From: an uncultured Gammaproteobacteria bacterium
Lineage (GTDB): Bacteria; Patescibacteriota; Patescibacteriia; 2-12-FULL-57-11
Direction: 5' to 3'
Assembly (NCBI GenBank): GCA_964648865.1
Contig: CAZYLV010000002.1
Span: forward strand, 79,272 to 143,271
DNA: 64,000 bases
In this document: positions 28,260-40,234 of the stretch, piece after piece
Layout: each line of letters begins with the position of its first letter
Position numbering within the stretch: the stretch's first letter is position 1
Made by a program: the position numbers and the translations under genes
Notes under the pieces: generated by a model
The model's database searches: none
What the model saw: the letters and a program-made list of their open reading frames with translations, nothing else
What the model was told of the DNA's origin: nothing

Positions 28260-29099
28260 ATGAAGATCCTGATCATCGGGGCCAAGGGGATGCTCGGCCA
28301 GGAGCTCGCCCGCACCTTCGCCGACCAGCAGCTCACGCTGTGGGACCGCGAGGAAGTCGACATCACCAAGCCCGAGGAATACGGCCTCAAGATCACCGAG
28401 GTCGGCCCCGACCTCATCATCAACGCCGCGGCCATGAACGACGTCGACGGCATCGAGAAGGACGATACCGTCGCGAAACTGGTGAACGGCAGCGCCGTCG
28501 GCTCCATCGCCGACATGTGCTCCATCCTCGGCATCCTGATGGTCCACTACTCCACGGACTACGTCTTCGACGGCATCAAGACCGCGGGCTACGTGGAGAG
28601 CGACAAGCCCGACCCCATCAGCAAGTACGGCGAGAGCAAGCTGCTCGGCGAGCGGTTGCTCAAGCAGGCCACGAGCGAGTATTACCTCATCCGCACCTCG
28701 CGGCTCTTCGGCGCTCCCGCGGCGGCCGAAGGCGCCAAGGCCAGCTTCGTGGACAAGATCATCGCCAAAGCCAAGGAAGGCGGGCCGCTCCAGCTCATCG
28801 ACGCCGAAGTGAGCGCGCCGACCTACGCTCCTGACCTGGCGGCGCGCACCCGGGAGATCCTGGCGCAGCGCAAGCCCTTCGGCATCTACCACGTGACCAA
28901 CGCCGGCGGCTGTACCTGGTACCAATTCGGCAAGAAGGCGCTGGAGCTGGTCGGCCTCGACGTGCCGGTGGAGCCCGTCGGGCCGGATGCCTTCCCACGC
29001 CCGGCCAAGCGCCCGGCGCATTCCGTGCTCAAGAGCACCAAACTCCCCCCGATGCGCTCCTGGGAGGAGGCGCTTGCCGAATACCTGGAGAAGCGGTAA
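28260..29099 (+). CDS. rfbD: dTDP-4-dehydrorhamnose reductase
   Basis: GAKGMLG, HYSTDYVFDG, YGESKLLGE, PTYAPDLA, PAKRPAHSVL. Confidence 0.95.
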   Translation: MKILIIGAKGMLGQELARTFADQQLTLWDREEVDITKPEEYGLKITEVGPDLIINAAAMNDVDGIEKDDTVAKLVNGSAVGSIADMCSILGILMVHYSTDYVFDGIKTAGYVESDKPDPISKYGESKLLGERLLKQATSEYYLIRTSRLFGAPAAAEGAKASFVDKIIAKAKEGGPLQLIDAEVSAPTYAPDLAARTREILAQRKPFGIYHVTNAGGCTWYQFGKKALELVGLDVPVEPVGPDAFPRPAKRPAHSVLKSTKLPPMRSWEEALAEYLEKR

Positions 29100-29108
29100 A
29101 ACGCGCGC

Positions 29109-30185
29109 ATGAAAGCGGTCCTCACGGGAGGAGGGCGCGCCACCCGGCTGCGGCCCATCACCTACACCTGGAACAAGCACCTCATCCCGCTTGCCAACAA
29201 GCCGATGATTTTCCACGCCATCGAGAAGGTCGTGGACGCCGGCATCACGGACATCGCCATCAACACCAACCCCGGCGAGACCGAGCTCCAGAAGGCCATC
29301 GGCGACGGCAGCCGCTGGGGCGCGCGTATCCATTTCTTCGAGCAACAGGGCGGCCCGCTCGGCATCGCCAACGTGCCCAAGCAGGCGCAGGAGTGGATCG
29401 GAGACGGTCCCTTCCTGTTCTACCTTTCGGACAACATCGTGCTCGGGGACATCAGGCATCTGGTGTCGAAGTTCAACGACGAGCGGCACGATGCGCTGAT
29501 GACCCTGGCGAAGGTCCCGGACGCACGGCGCTTCGGCGTCCCGGAGTTCCAGGACGGCAAGATCGTCCGGCTCGAGGAGAAGCCGGCGCAGCCCAAGTCG
29601 GACTACGCCGTGACCGGGCTGTACGTGTTCAACAACGACTTTTTCCGCGCCTACGATACCGTCAAGCCATCGGTGCGCGGCGAGTACGAGATCACCGAGA
29701 TCTACAACTGGTACCTCGCCAACGCCAAGAAGGTCGGCCATGCCGAGATCACCGGGTGGTGGAAGGATACCGGCAAGCCCGAGGACCTGCTCGAGGGCAA
29801 CCAGCTCATCCTGGACGAGATGACGCCGGCCGAGGCGGTGCGCGAGGGGACGATCGATCCGGGCGCGACGGTCCAGGGCAAAGTGCGCATCGGAAAGGGG
29901 AGCACGATCGGCCCAGGCACGCTCATCCGCGGTCCGGTGGCCATCGGGGACGACTGCACCATCGAGGCGAGCTACATCGGTCCGTATACCTCCATCGGCG
30001 ACAACGCCACCGTCCGCGGCGCCGAGATCGAGCACTGCATCGTCTTCGATAACGTCACCGTGAACTGCCAGGCCCGCATCGTGGATTCGCTCATCGGCAA
30101 GGATGCCTGCGTGACCTCCAAGCAAGGGACGCGCCCACACGGGCACAAGTTCGTGATCGGGGACAACGCGCGGGTGGAGATTTAA
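29109..30185 (+). CDS. rfbA: glucose-1-phosphate thymidylyltransferase, long form with left-handed beta-helix tail
   Basis: GGRATRLRPIT, KHLIPLANKP, EEKP, RGEYEIT, WWKDTGKPEDLL, hexapeptide repeats. Confidence 0.88.
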   Translation: MKAVLTGGGRATRLRPITYTWNKHLIPLANKPMIFHAIEKVVDAGITDIAINTNPGETELQKAIGDGSRWGARIHFFEQQGGPLGIANVPKQAQEWIGDGPFLFYLSDNIVLGDIRHLVSKFNDERHDALMTLAKVPDARRFGVPEFQDGKIVRLEEKPAQPKSDYAVTGLYVFNNDFFRAYDTVKPSVRGEYEITEIYNWYLANAKKVGHAEITGWWKDTGKPEDLLEGNQLILDEMTPAEAVREGTIDPGATVQGKVRIGKGSTIGPGTLIRGPVAIGDDCTIEASYIGPYTSIGDNATVRGAEIEHCIVFDNVTVNCQARIVDSLIGKDACVTSKQGTRPHGHKFVIGDNARVEI

Positions 30186-30253
30186 GGTTTGACAAGCGGT
30201 GTTTTTTTGTGCATGCTCGCGTCGCTGACGCGGTCAGCAGGAGGTGAGGGACA

Positions 30254-31288
30254 GTGGTCTTTTCCAAGGCGTTCGAGACGCTGCTTGAGGCAATCCGGGA
30301 GGGACGCGTGACCGACGCGCATCTCGAGGCCTTCGCGGCCGATCCGGACCGGGTGCTCGATGGGAAGGAAGGCGATGTCGCGACGGACGGGGACTTCCTC
30401 GCCCCGCCGCGTGCCACGCTGAGCGCGGAGGAGTTGCGCCGACGCCGTGCGGGCTTCAGCACGCCGGTCCACGCCGGTGGCGTGCCGCTGCAGCGTGCGG
30501 AGTACGACGGCGACGTGTACGTCGTCGCAGGGGAGGACGTCTGGGGGCCGTTCGAGGCCGCCTACGACCTGGAATTGGCGGACGGCAAGCCGCTCTACCG
30601 CGCCCGCTGCGAGGATGGGTGGTGGCAGGTCTTCCACGGGGAGGAGGCCTCGACGTCGTATCTCGCCATCACGCGCCTGCTGTTCGAGGACGGTAAGCCG
30701 CTGTATGTGGCGCAGCTGCCGACGAAGCTCTGGTGCGTGGTCCACGGAACGACGATCTACCGGGATTGGGCCTCCATCGAGACCGATCCGCGGATCGTCG
30801 AAGGAGCGCCGCTCTACGTGGCGATGTCGGGCGACCACTGCTTCGTCGCCCACGGGAACACGTCTTGGGGCGGCCATAAGTGCAGCTCGTCGCAGGTCTT
30901 ACACCGTCGACTCGAGGCGGGCGAGCCGCTGTACACGGTGGGTCACGAGCTCTATTGGGGGAATCGTCGTATTGGATGGTACGCGAGGGTGGCGAAGGTC
31001 CTGGGTAGCCATGGCGGCGAGCCGGTCTTCGTCGCCAAGGGTTTCAGTTACGAGCCCTGGAGCGTCTATTTCGGCAAGCGCCGTATCGCCCACCGCGTCG
31101 ATACGCTGAGCTGTCGACTCGAGGGGGACACGCTGCGCTTCATCCAGGAGTACCCCTGGCCCCTGAACTTGGTCCGTATCCGGCGGGAACGGTACGTCCC
31201 GCTCGCCACGTCGACGTCGCTCGCGCTTCCTGCCGAAGCAGGGCCCGGGCCGTATCGCAAGCGGCTTCCGGCCAAGACCGGGAGCTAG
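30254..31288 (+). CDS. hypothetical protein with five G(K/A/E)P(L/V)(Y/F) beta-rich repeats
   Basis: TTGACA at 30189, AGGAGGTGA SD, GTG start, own terminator; repeats GKPLYRA, GKPLYVA, GAPLYVA, GEPLYTV, GEPVFVA. Confidence 0.7.
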   Translation: MVFSKAFETLLEAIREGRVTDAHLEAFAADPDRVLDGKEGDVATDGDFLAPPRATLSAEELRRRRAGFSTPVHAGGVPLQRAEYDGDVYVVAGEDVWGPFEAAYDLELADGKPLYRARCEDGWWQVFHGEEASTSYLAITRLLFEDGKPLYVAQLPTKLWCVVHGTTIYRDWASIETDPRIVEGAPLYVAMSGDHCFVAHGNTSWGGHKCSSSQVLHRRLEAGEPLYTVGHELYWGNRRIGWYARVAKVLGSHGGEPVFVAKGFSYEPWSVYFGKRRIAHRVDTLSCRLEGDTLRFIQEYPWPLNLVRIRRERYVPLATSTSLALPAEAGPGPYRKRLPAKTGS

Positions 31289-31309
31289 ACGCCTCACAGG
31301 CGTCTTTTT
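31287..31309 (+). terminator. intrinsic terminator between convergent genes
   Basis: AGACGCCT-cac-AGGCGTCT-TTTT. Confidence 0.7.
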
Positions 31310-31312
31310 CTT

Positions 31313-32623
31313 TTACGGGACCACGATCGGATACCGATAGACGCCGGGCCGGCCGGCGGGGGCGGCGATGGCATGGATCGCGGCCCCTCTTGCGTCTACG
31401 GCGAAGGCCGAGAAGCCGGGCAGGGAAAACAACCCGGTCACCAGGCGGCGCTCGCGGTCGTCACGCTCGATGGCGGCGAGGGTGTCTCCGGTGGCGTAGA
31501 GCACGTGCGTGCCGCCGGGATACCAGGCGGCGTCGCGGATCGGTGCGCCGAGGCGCGTCAGGAGTTTGATGCTGCCGTCCGCTTCCATGACGGAGAGCTC
31601 CAGATCGTCCCAGAACAGCAGCTCCTGCGGGCCGTCCGTGCGCCATGCGGCGCCGGTCGCCGTCCGCTCCAGACGCACGTCGCCCTCGGCGGAAAAGACG
31701 CGCACCTTGCCCTCGCCCACGACGGTCAGCAGCCCGTTCGGGGAGGGGATGAAGCGGACGTCGTCCCCGGGGATGCGCAGCAGGCCTTGGCGCAGCACGG
31801 CGCCGTTGGCGGCGAGCGTGTCGATGCGCAGCCCGCCGGGCTCGGGACGGCCCACGTAGAAGATGCCGTCCTGGTGCCACACGGCGCCGGCCGTGCCGGT
31901 GGCCATGCGTTGCGGCGCGCGGCCCGGGGCGATGAACCAGGCCGCGTCCCCGGCCAAGCCGAACAGCGCCTCGCTGGGGCCGCGCACCCAGGCCCAGCGG
32001 GTGAGCGGCGCAGGCAGGTCCAGCGTCTCGGTGCGCGGTCCGGCGGGGGTGATGAGCGCGGACGAGGCTTCGCCTGCCGCCAGCAGGAGGCTGCCGGAGG
32101 GGCTCCAGGACAAGGCCAGGGTCGAGGTCGCGGGCAGCCGCGTGGCGACGGAGGAGGCGCCGGTCCCGCGCCGCAGGACGACTTCCACGAGTCCCGCGGC
32201 GGCATCGTCGTGGGCGAGCGTCCCGTCCGGGCCGACGGCCAGCGCGGTGGCCGTGACGTCCGCCGAGCGCACCGGGAGCTGGTCGGGGAACAGGACGACG
32301 TGCTCGGCGAAGGTCGTGCTGCGGCTTGCCACAGTCAAGGATTTGCTCCAGGGATGATAGCCGTCGCGGCGTACCGTGACCCGATACTCCCGCGGCAGGA
32401 GCGCCGTGAACCGGGCCGGGGTGCGCTGGCGCTGGGCGATGCCGTCGAGCAGGACGTCGGCGCCGGACGGCGCGGAGCGCAGCACCAGGATGCCGGTCTG
32501 CTCCAGCCGCCGGGTGCGCAGGTTGATGCGGTAGCCGGCCGTGGTCAGCAGCACCAACGGCACGCTGGCCAGGAAGAGCAGGGTGAACAGCAAGGCGATG
32601 ACGGTCTGGATGCGGATGCGCAT
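31313..32623 (-). CDS. PEGA-domain membrane-anchored protein with beta-propeller-like C-terminus
   Basis: TM helix, GYR, TGILVLRSAPSGADVLLDG...TP...Y.V.V.RDGYHPWSK (PEGA); WSPSG and WYPGG blades. Confidence 0.8.
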   Translation of the reverse strand: MRIRIQTVIALLFTLLFLASVPLVLLTTAGYRINLRTRRLEQTGILVLRSAPSGADVLLDGIAQRQRTPARFTALLPREYRVTVRRDGYHPWSKSLTVASRSTTFAEHVVLFPDQLPVRSADVTATALAVGPDGTLAHDDAAAGLVEVVLRRGTGASSVATRLPATSTLALSWSPSGSLLLAAGEASSALITPAGPRTETLDLPAPLTRWAWVRGPSEALFGLAGDAAWFIAPGRAPQRMATGTAGAVWHQDGIFYVGRPEPGGLRIDTLAANGAVLRQGLLRIPGDDVRFIPSPNGLLTVVGEGKVRVFSAEGDVRLERTATGAAWRTDGPQELLFWDDLELSVMEADGSIKLLTRLGAPIRDAAWYPGGTHVLYATGDTLAAIERDDRERRLVTGLFSLPGFSAFAVDARGAAIHAIAAPAGRPGVYRYPIVVP

Positions 32624-32634
32624 GTATATGCTGG

Positions 32635-32662
32635 GTAGGGGCGTAATGCATTACGCCCCTAC
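32635..32662. repeat. GTAG-type REP, perfect 28-bp palindrome
   Basis: GTAGGGGCGTAATGCATTACGCCCCTAC between divergent PEGA gene and murA. Confidence 0.8.
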
Positions 32663-32704
32663 GGGCTTGCATGATCCCCAAAAACCTGATACATTCACCG
32701 TCTT

Positions 32705-33961
32705 ATGGCGCATTTTTCGATCGTCGGCGGCACCCCGCTCTCCGGGGAGATCCGCGTATCCGGTGCCAAGAACGCGGCGCTCAAGTTCTTGGCGGCGACC
32801 GTGCTTTTGGACGGCCCCGTGACCCTGCGCAACGTCCCGGACATCGAGGACGTGCGGCGCATGGCAGAGCTCCTCAAGGGCCTTGGCGCGGCCGTGGAGG
32901 CCTCGGAGCGCAACCAGTATACCATCGACCCCTCCGGCATCTCGACGGAACGGCTGGACCCAGTCTTGGCGCCCAAGATCCGCGTCTCGACCCTGCTCGT
33001 GGCCGGGCTCCTGGTGCGCCGCGGCTCGGCCACCCTGCCGTTCCCGGGCGGCTGTGCCATCGGCCGCCGGCCGATCGACCTGTTTTTGGAGGGCTACCGC
33101 GCCTTCGGGGCGACGGTCGAGGAAGACGACAAGGAAATCCGCTTCTCGACCAAGAAGCTCACCCCGGCCCGCTTCGTCTTCCCCATCGTCAGCCATACGG
33201 CCACGGAGGCCCTGATGATGCTGGCGGCCCGCGTCCCGGGGGAGAGCGTCCTGGTGAACTGCGCCATGGAGCCCGAAGTGGGCGCGCTGGCCGATTTCCT
33301 CAACTCCTGCGGAGCCAAGGTGAGCGGCGCCGGCACGCCGACCATCCGTATCCAGGGCGTGGCGCGGCTCTCCGGCGGCGAGGCCGACATCATCCCGGAC
33401 CGCATCGAGGCCGGCAGCTTCTTGGCGCTGGCTGCGGCGACGCGTAGCGCCATCACCGTGCGCGGCGTGGATCCGGAGCACATCGAGGTGCCGCTCCAGT
33501 ACCTGCGGCGTATGGGGGTGCCCGTCGAGGTCCGCGGCGCGGACGTCGTCGTCTCGCCCTGGACGGAGCTCAAGGCCGTCAACATCACCACGCACGAGTA
33601 TCCGGGTTTCCCCACGGACATGCAGCCGCCGTTCACGGTGCTGCTCACCCAGGCCACGGGCAGCGCGCTCGTCCATGAGACGCTGTTCGAGAGCCGGCTG
33701 TTCTTCACGGACAAGCTCAACAAGATGGGCGCCGAGATCGTGCTCTGCGACCCGCACCGCGTGCTCGTCCAAGGGCCGACGGCGCTGCGGGGGACGACGC
33801 TGGAATCCCCGGACATCCGGGCCGGTCTGGCGCTCGTCATCGCGGCGCTGGCGGCCGACGGCACGAGCCGGATCGAGAACATCTACCAGATCGACCGCGG
33901 TTACGAGGCCATCGAGGAGCGCCTCCGGGCCCTCGGGGCGGATATTCACAGGGTCGAATAG
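32705..33961 (+). CDS. murA: UDP-N-acetylglucosamine 1-carboxyvinyltransferase
   Basis: SGAKNAAL, PGGCAIGRRP (active-site Cys), PDRIEAG, YPGFPTDMQ, DIRAG, IDRGYE. Confidence 0.96.
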   Translation: MAHFSIVGGTPLSGEIRVSGAKNAALKFLAATVLLDGPVTLRNVPDIEDVRRMAELLKGLGAAVEASERNQYTIDPSGISTERLDPVLAPKIRVSTLLVAGLLVRRGSATLPFPGGCAIGRRPIDLFLEGYRAFGATVEEDDKEIRFSTKKLTPARFVFPIVSHTATEALMMLAARVPGESVLVNCAMEPEVGALADFLNSCGAKVSGAGTPTIRIQGVARLSGGEADIIPDRIEAGSFLALAAATRSAITVRGVDPEHIEVPLQYLRRMGVPVEVRGADVVVSPWTELKAVNITTHEYPGFPTDMQPPFTVLLTQATGSALVHETLFESRLFFTDKLNKMGAEIVLCDPHRVLVQGPTALRGTTLESPDIRAGLALVIAALAADGTSRIENIYQIDRGYEAIEERLRALGADIHRVE

Positions 33962-34023
33962 CGAATAGGGAATGACGAATAGCGGGACTTGTAGGGGTCC
34001 CGCTATTCTCTATTCGCCATTCC
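33955..34023. repeat. palindromic array of (C/G/A)GAAT(A/G)(G/A) heptamers between convergent genes
   Basis: CGAATAG CGAATAG GGAATGA CGAATAG CGGGAC - loop - GTCCCG CTATTCT CTATTCG CCATTCC. Confidence 0.6.
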
Positions 34024-34401
34024 TCACTCCGTGACGGTCACAGCACCGGTTTTTGCCGGGTTCAGATGGTCGTGGAAGCGCCAGGTGCCGGGCCGGTCGA
34101 AGGTGAAGCGGTAGTGGTCGCCCGGCGGGATGCTCCGAAAGGCGTCGAATCCCGGGTATTCCTGGTGCGTGGGGTGGACCGCGGACGCCGGCCAATGATT
34201 GCGGACGCCGTCGTTGCGGAAGTAGACCGTCGTCCCTGTGGGGACTTCCAGGCTGGGCGGGGTAAAACCGTCGCTGGTCATGGAGATGACCGGCGCGCCC
34301 TCCGGGATGGCTGCGGGCGGCGCGTTTGACGTCGCCGGCGTGCAGCCCGCACCCAGGAGCAGGAGGGCTGCGGAGATGGGGATAACGGCCAGACGACGCA
34401 T
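34024..34401 (-). CDS. cupredoxin-domain lipoprotein
   Basis: LLLLGAGC lipobox; GFTPPSLEVPTGTTVYFRN, HWPASAVHPTH, FHDHLNP. Confidence 0.8.
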   Translation of the reverse strand: MRRLAVIPISAALLLLGAGCTPATSNAPPAAIPEGAPVISMTSDGFTPPSLEVPTGTTVYFRNDGVRNHWPASAVHPTHQEYPGFDAFRSIPPGDHYRFTFDRPGTWRFHDHLNPAKTGAVTVTE

Positions 34402-34477
34402 AGCTTTCTCGACATTAGGGGACCATTGCCCGAAGGCATCATGCGACTTATCATACGGGAGGTTTCCCGAGTCTTCC

Positions 34478-35053
34478 ATGAGCCATCCTCTCGTCATCGA
34501 CATCGAGACCCAGAACACCTTCCAGGAGGTGGGCAAGTACGACCACCGGTTGCTCAAGGTCTCGCTTGTCGGGGCCTACGACTATGCCACCGGGCAGTAC
34601 GAGTCCTATCTCGAGCAGGAACTCCCGGCGCTCTGGAAGAAGATGGAGCAGGCTTCGGCCGTCATCGGCTACAACATCATCGGGTTCGACCTCCCGGTCC
34701 TCAACAACTACTACCCGGGCGACCTCACCAAGCTCCCCACGGTGGACCTGATGTACATGCTCGAGAAGCAGATCGGGTTCCGTCTCAAGCTCGATGACGT
34801 GGCCCACGGCACGCTCGGGGTGGGGAAGAGCGGCACGGGGCTCCTGGCCGTCGAGTACTGGAAGAAGGGGGAGCTCGACAAGCTCCGGGAGTACTGCCTG
34901 CAGGACGTGAAGGTCACCAAGGACCTCTACGACTACGTCCAGTCCTACAACCACCTCAAGTACCGGGATCGGCAGGGGACCGAGGTAATCGTCCCGCTGG
35001 CCGTGCTGGCGCCGGCCGCCCGGCCGCCCGTGAACCTGACCATGCCGTTTTAG
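34478..35053 (+). CDS. RNase H-like DEDD 3'-5' exonuclease domain protein
   Basis: VIDIET (Exo I), GYNIIGFD (Exo II), YCLQDV (Exo III). Confidence 0.8.
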   Translation: MSHPLVIDIETQNTFQEVGKYDHRLLKVSLVGAYDYATGQYESYLEQELPALWKKMEQASAVIGYNIIGFDLPVLNNYYPGDLTKLPTVDLMYMLEKQIGFRLKLDDVAHGTLGVGKSGTGLLAVEYWKKGELDKLREYCLQDVKVTKDLYDYVQSYNHLKYRDRQGTEVIVPLAVLAPAARPPVNLTMPF

Positions 35054-35082
35054 GGGCTTTTCTCGGGCCGAAGGGTCGCACA

Positions 35083-35130
35083 ACACAAGATGTTGTGGTC
35101 AAAGAGTTGTGGATAACACTATATGTTGTG
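35083..35130 (+). promoter_or_regulatory. tandem NrdR boxes (35083-35097, 35116-35130) with a DnaA box (35108-35116) between them
   Basis: ACACAAGATGTTGTG and ACACTATATGTTGTG match the NrdR-box consensus, 33 bp apart; TGTGGATAA is TTATCCACA reverse-complemented; directly upstream of RNR. Confidence 0.8.
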
Positions 35131-35190
35131 GTCGATACCCGAGCGGTGGTATCGTAGGAGGGTCGCTCACCCGTAACCACGTCGGAGGAT

Positions 35191-38349
<3,159 letters not shown>

Positions 38350-38350
38350 T

Positions 38351-38611
38351 ATGACGCGCGACCAGCTGCGAGGGATGATCCAGAAGCTCGACCTCGGCAA
38401 GGCGGACGAGGAGTTGGCCGGGGAGATCCTGGCCGAGACGCCGGACGAGGAGCTTGATACGTTGGCGGCCATCGTCGGCGACCGCGAGGCGCTGCGCACG
38501 CTCATCCGCAACTACCGCGAAGAGGCGGCCGGGGAGAAGGAGGAGGACGTCTTCGAGGGCGCGCCGGACCTGATCGGCCATGCCGTCGCAGAAGACGAAA
38601 AACAGGAGTAG
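38351..38611 (+). CDS. small acidic hypothetical protein
   Basis: Fills the gap between nrdJ and cobO; host-like codon usage. Confidence 0.6.
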   Translation: MTRDQLRGMIQKLDLGKADEELAGEILAETPDEELDTLAAIVGDREALRTLIRNYREEAAGEKEEDVFEGAPDLIGHAVAEDEKQE

Positions 38612-38634
38612 GGGCGTGATGCGTCACGCCCTAT
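38608..38634 (+). repeat. GTAG-type REP upstream of cobO
   Basis: GTAGGGGCGTGATGCGTCACGCCCTAT; contains upstream stop TAG and runs into the cobO ATG. Confidence 0.7.
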
Positions 38635-39211
38635 GAAGAATCGGCCCCCCGAGGAGTGGGGGAAGCTCCAGGTCTTCACCGGTACCGGCAAAGGCAAGAC
38701 CACGGCGGCGCTCGGCACGGCTCTGCGCGCGTTCGCCGTCGGCAAGCGCGTGGCCGTCGTCTGGTTCGACAAGGGCGGCACGCACTACAGCGAACGCGGG
38801 TTCCTGGGGTGGCTGCGGGAGCAGGAGACCCCGTGGGGCGGCAGCATCACCGTCGCCGCGTCCGGGCTCGACCGCATCGACCCGGAGACGGGGCGCTTCC
38901 GCTTCGGCGTCACGGATGAGGACAAGGCCGAGGCGGCCCGCGGCTGGGCCATCGCAGAGGGCCTCATCCGCGACGGACAGCACGATCTGGTCGTCCTGGA
39001 CGAGATCAACACCACCGTGGCCTTGGGCATGCTCCCCGAGGCACCGGTGCTCGCGGCCCTTGACGCACGCCCCGCGCACGTGGAGATAATCTGCACCGGA
39101 CGCGATGCGCCGCCGGGCATCCGCGAGCGGGCCGATCTCCTCACCGAGATGACGCTCGTCAAGCACTACTTCTACCACGGCGCCGCCGCCCGCGAGGGCT
39201 TGGATTACTAG
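38633..39211 (+). CDS. cobO: cob(I)alamin adenosyltransferase (CobO/BtuR-type)
   Basis: FTGTGKGKTTAALG, F.KG, LVVLDEIN, TGRDAP, ADLLTEM..VKH, A.EGLDY. Confidence 0.9.
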   Translation: MKNRPPEEWGKLQVFTGTGKGKTTAALGTALRAFAVGKRVAVVWFDKGGTHYSERGFLGWLREQETPWGGSITVAASGLDRIDPETGRFRFGVTDEDKAEAARGWAIAEGLIRDGQHDLVVLDEINTTVALGMLPEAPVLAALDARPAHVEIICTGRDAPPGIRERADLLTEMTLVKHYFYHGAAAREGLDY

Positions 39212-39237
39212 TCGGGCGTGATGCATCACGCCCCTAC
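39209..39237 (-). repeat. GTAG-type REP downstream of cobO, inverted relative to the 38608 copy
   Basis: Minus strand GTAGGGGCGTGATGCATCACGCCCGACTA. Confidence 0.7.
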
Positions 39238-39244
39238 AGCCGGT

Positions 39245-39685
39245 ATGAAACCCAAACTCGCCGCTTCCTTCATCGTCGTCGCGCTGGCCGCCTTCCTGCT
39301 CGGCTGGAGTTTCGGTCCTTCGCTGGCGCCGGCCCCGGCCGCTCCCGCGCCGGCCATGGACCAGAAGGAGCGCACCGTCTCCGTCATGCTCGACTTCGGC
39401 GACGGCACGGTGCGGACGTATGAGGGCGTGGCCTTCGCCGAGGGGGAGACGCTCTTCGACGTCATGCTGCGGCTCTCCGAGCGCGGCGACGGCTTCGTCT
39501 TCCGCCACCAACCGCCGGGCCAGTACGGCATCCTCATCGACCAGATCGGCAACATGGCCAGCGGTGCGGACGGCAAGTACTGGTTGTGGTACGAGAACAA
39601 CCGCATGGGGCAGGTGGCCTCGGACGCCTATGTCCTGCGGCCAGGCGACGTCATCGAGTGGAAGTTCATCAACCTCAAGATGTGA
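39245..39685 (+). CDS. DUF4430-like (transcobalamin C-terminal-like) membrane-anchored protein, putative cobalamin binder
   Basis: N-terminal TM; TLFDVM, YGILIDQIG, YWLWYEN, ASDAYVLRPGDVIEW. Confidence 0.75.
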   Translation: MKPKLAASFIVVALAAFLLGWSFGPSLAPAPAAPAPAMDQKERTVSVMLDFGDGTVRTYEGVAFAEGETLFDVMLRLSERGDGFVFRHQPPGQYGILIDQIGNMASGADGKYWLWYENNRMGQVASDAYVLRPGDVIEWKFINLKM

Positions 39686-39687
39686 GC

Positions 39688-40230
39688 ATGCCCTACTTCA
39701 TGGCCGCCATCCTGGCGCTCCTGACCTTCGGCCTGCGCCTGGTCGAGCACCCCGAGAACGTCGCCCCCACGGCCGCGGCGATGCTCTTTGCGGGCGCCGT
39801 CCTGCCTCGGCGCTGGGGCTGGACCGCGCCGCTCGCGGGTTCCCTCGCCGCCGACGCCGTCATCGGGCTCTACGCCTGGCAGGTCATGGTCGCGGTCTAT
39901 GTCTCGTTTGCGGCCGTCTGGGCGCTCTCGGCGCTCGTCAACCGCGCCGCGCGTCCGGCCCGCACCGCGGTGCTGGCGATGACCGGTTCGTTGCTCTTCT
40001 TCCTGGTCACCAACTGGGCGACCTGGATGTGGACCGACCTCTACCCGGCCACATGGGCGGGGCTCGCCATGAGCTACGCCATGGGCGTGCCGTTCTTCCG
40101 CAACACCCTGCTCGGCGATCTCCTCTTCACCGGGGCGCTGTTTTCCGCGTATGCTGGATCGGTCTGGATCGTCCGCCACCGCACGGAACTCTTCGCCCAT
40201 CGGGTGATGCTGCGCGCGCGGGATCAATGA
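39688..40230 (+). CDS. DUF6580-like / ECF S-component-like membrane transport protein
   Basis: RL..HP.NVAP..A..LFAG, SLLFFLVTNW..W, YP....GL..SY..GVPFFRNTLLGDL. Confidence 0.72.
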   Translation: MPYFMAAILALLTFGLRLVEHPENVAPTAAAMLFAGAVLPRRWGWTAPLAGSLAADAVIGLYAWQVMVAVYVSFAAVWALSALVNRAARPARTAVLAMTGSLLFFLVTNWATWMWTDLYPATWAGLAMSYAMGVPFFRNTLLGDLLFTGALFSAYAGSVWIVRHRTELFAHRVMLRARDQ

Positions 40231-40234
40231 ACCT

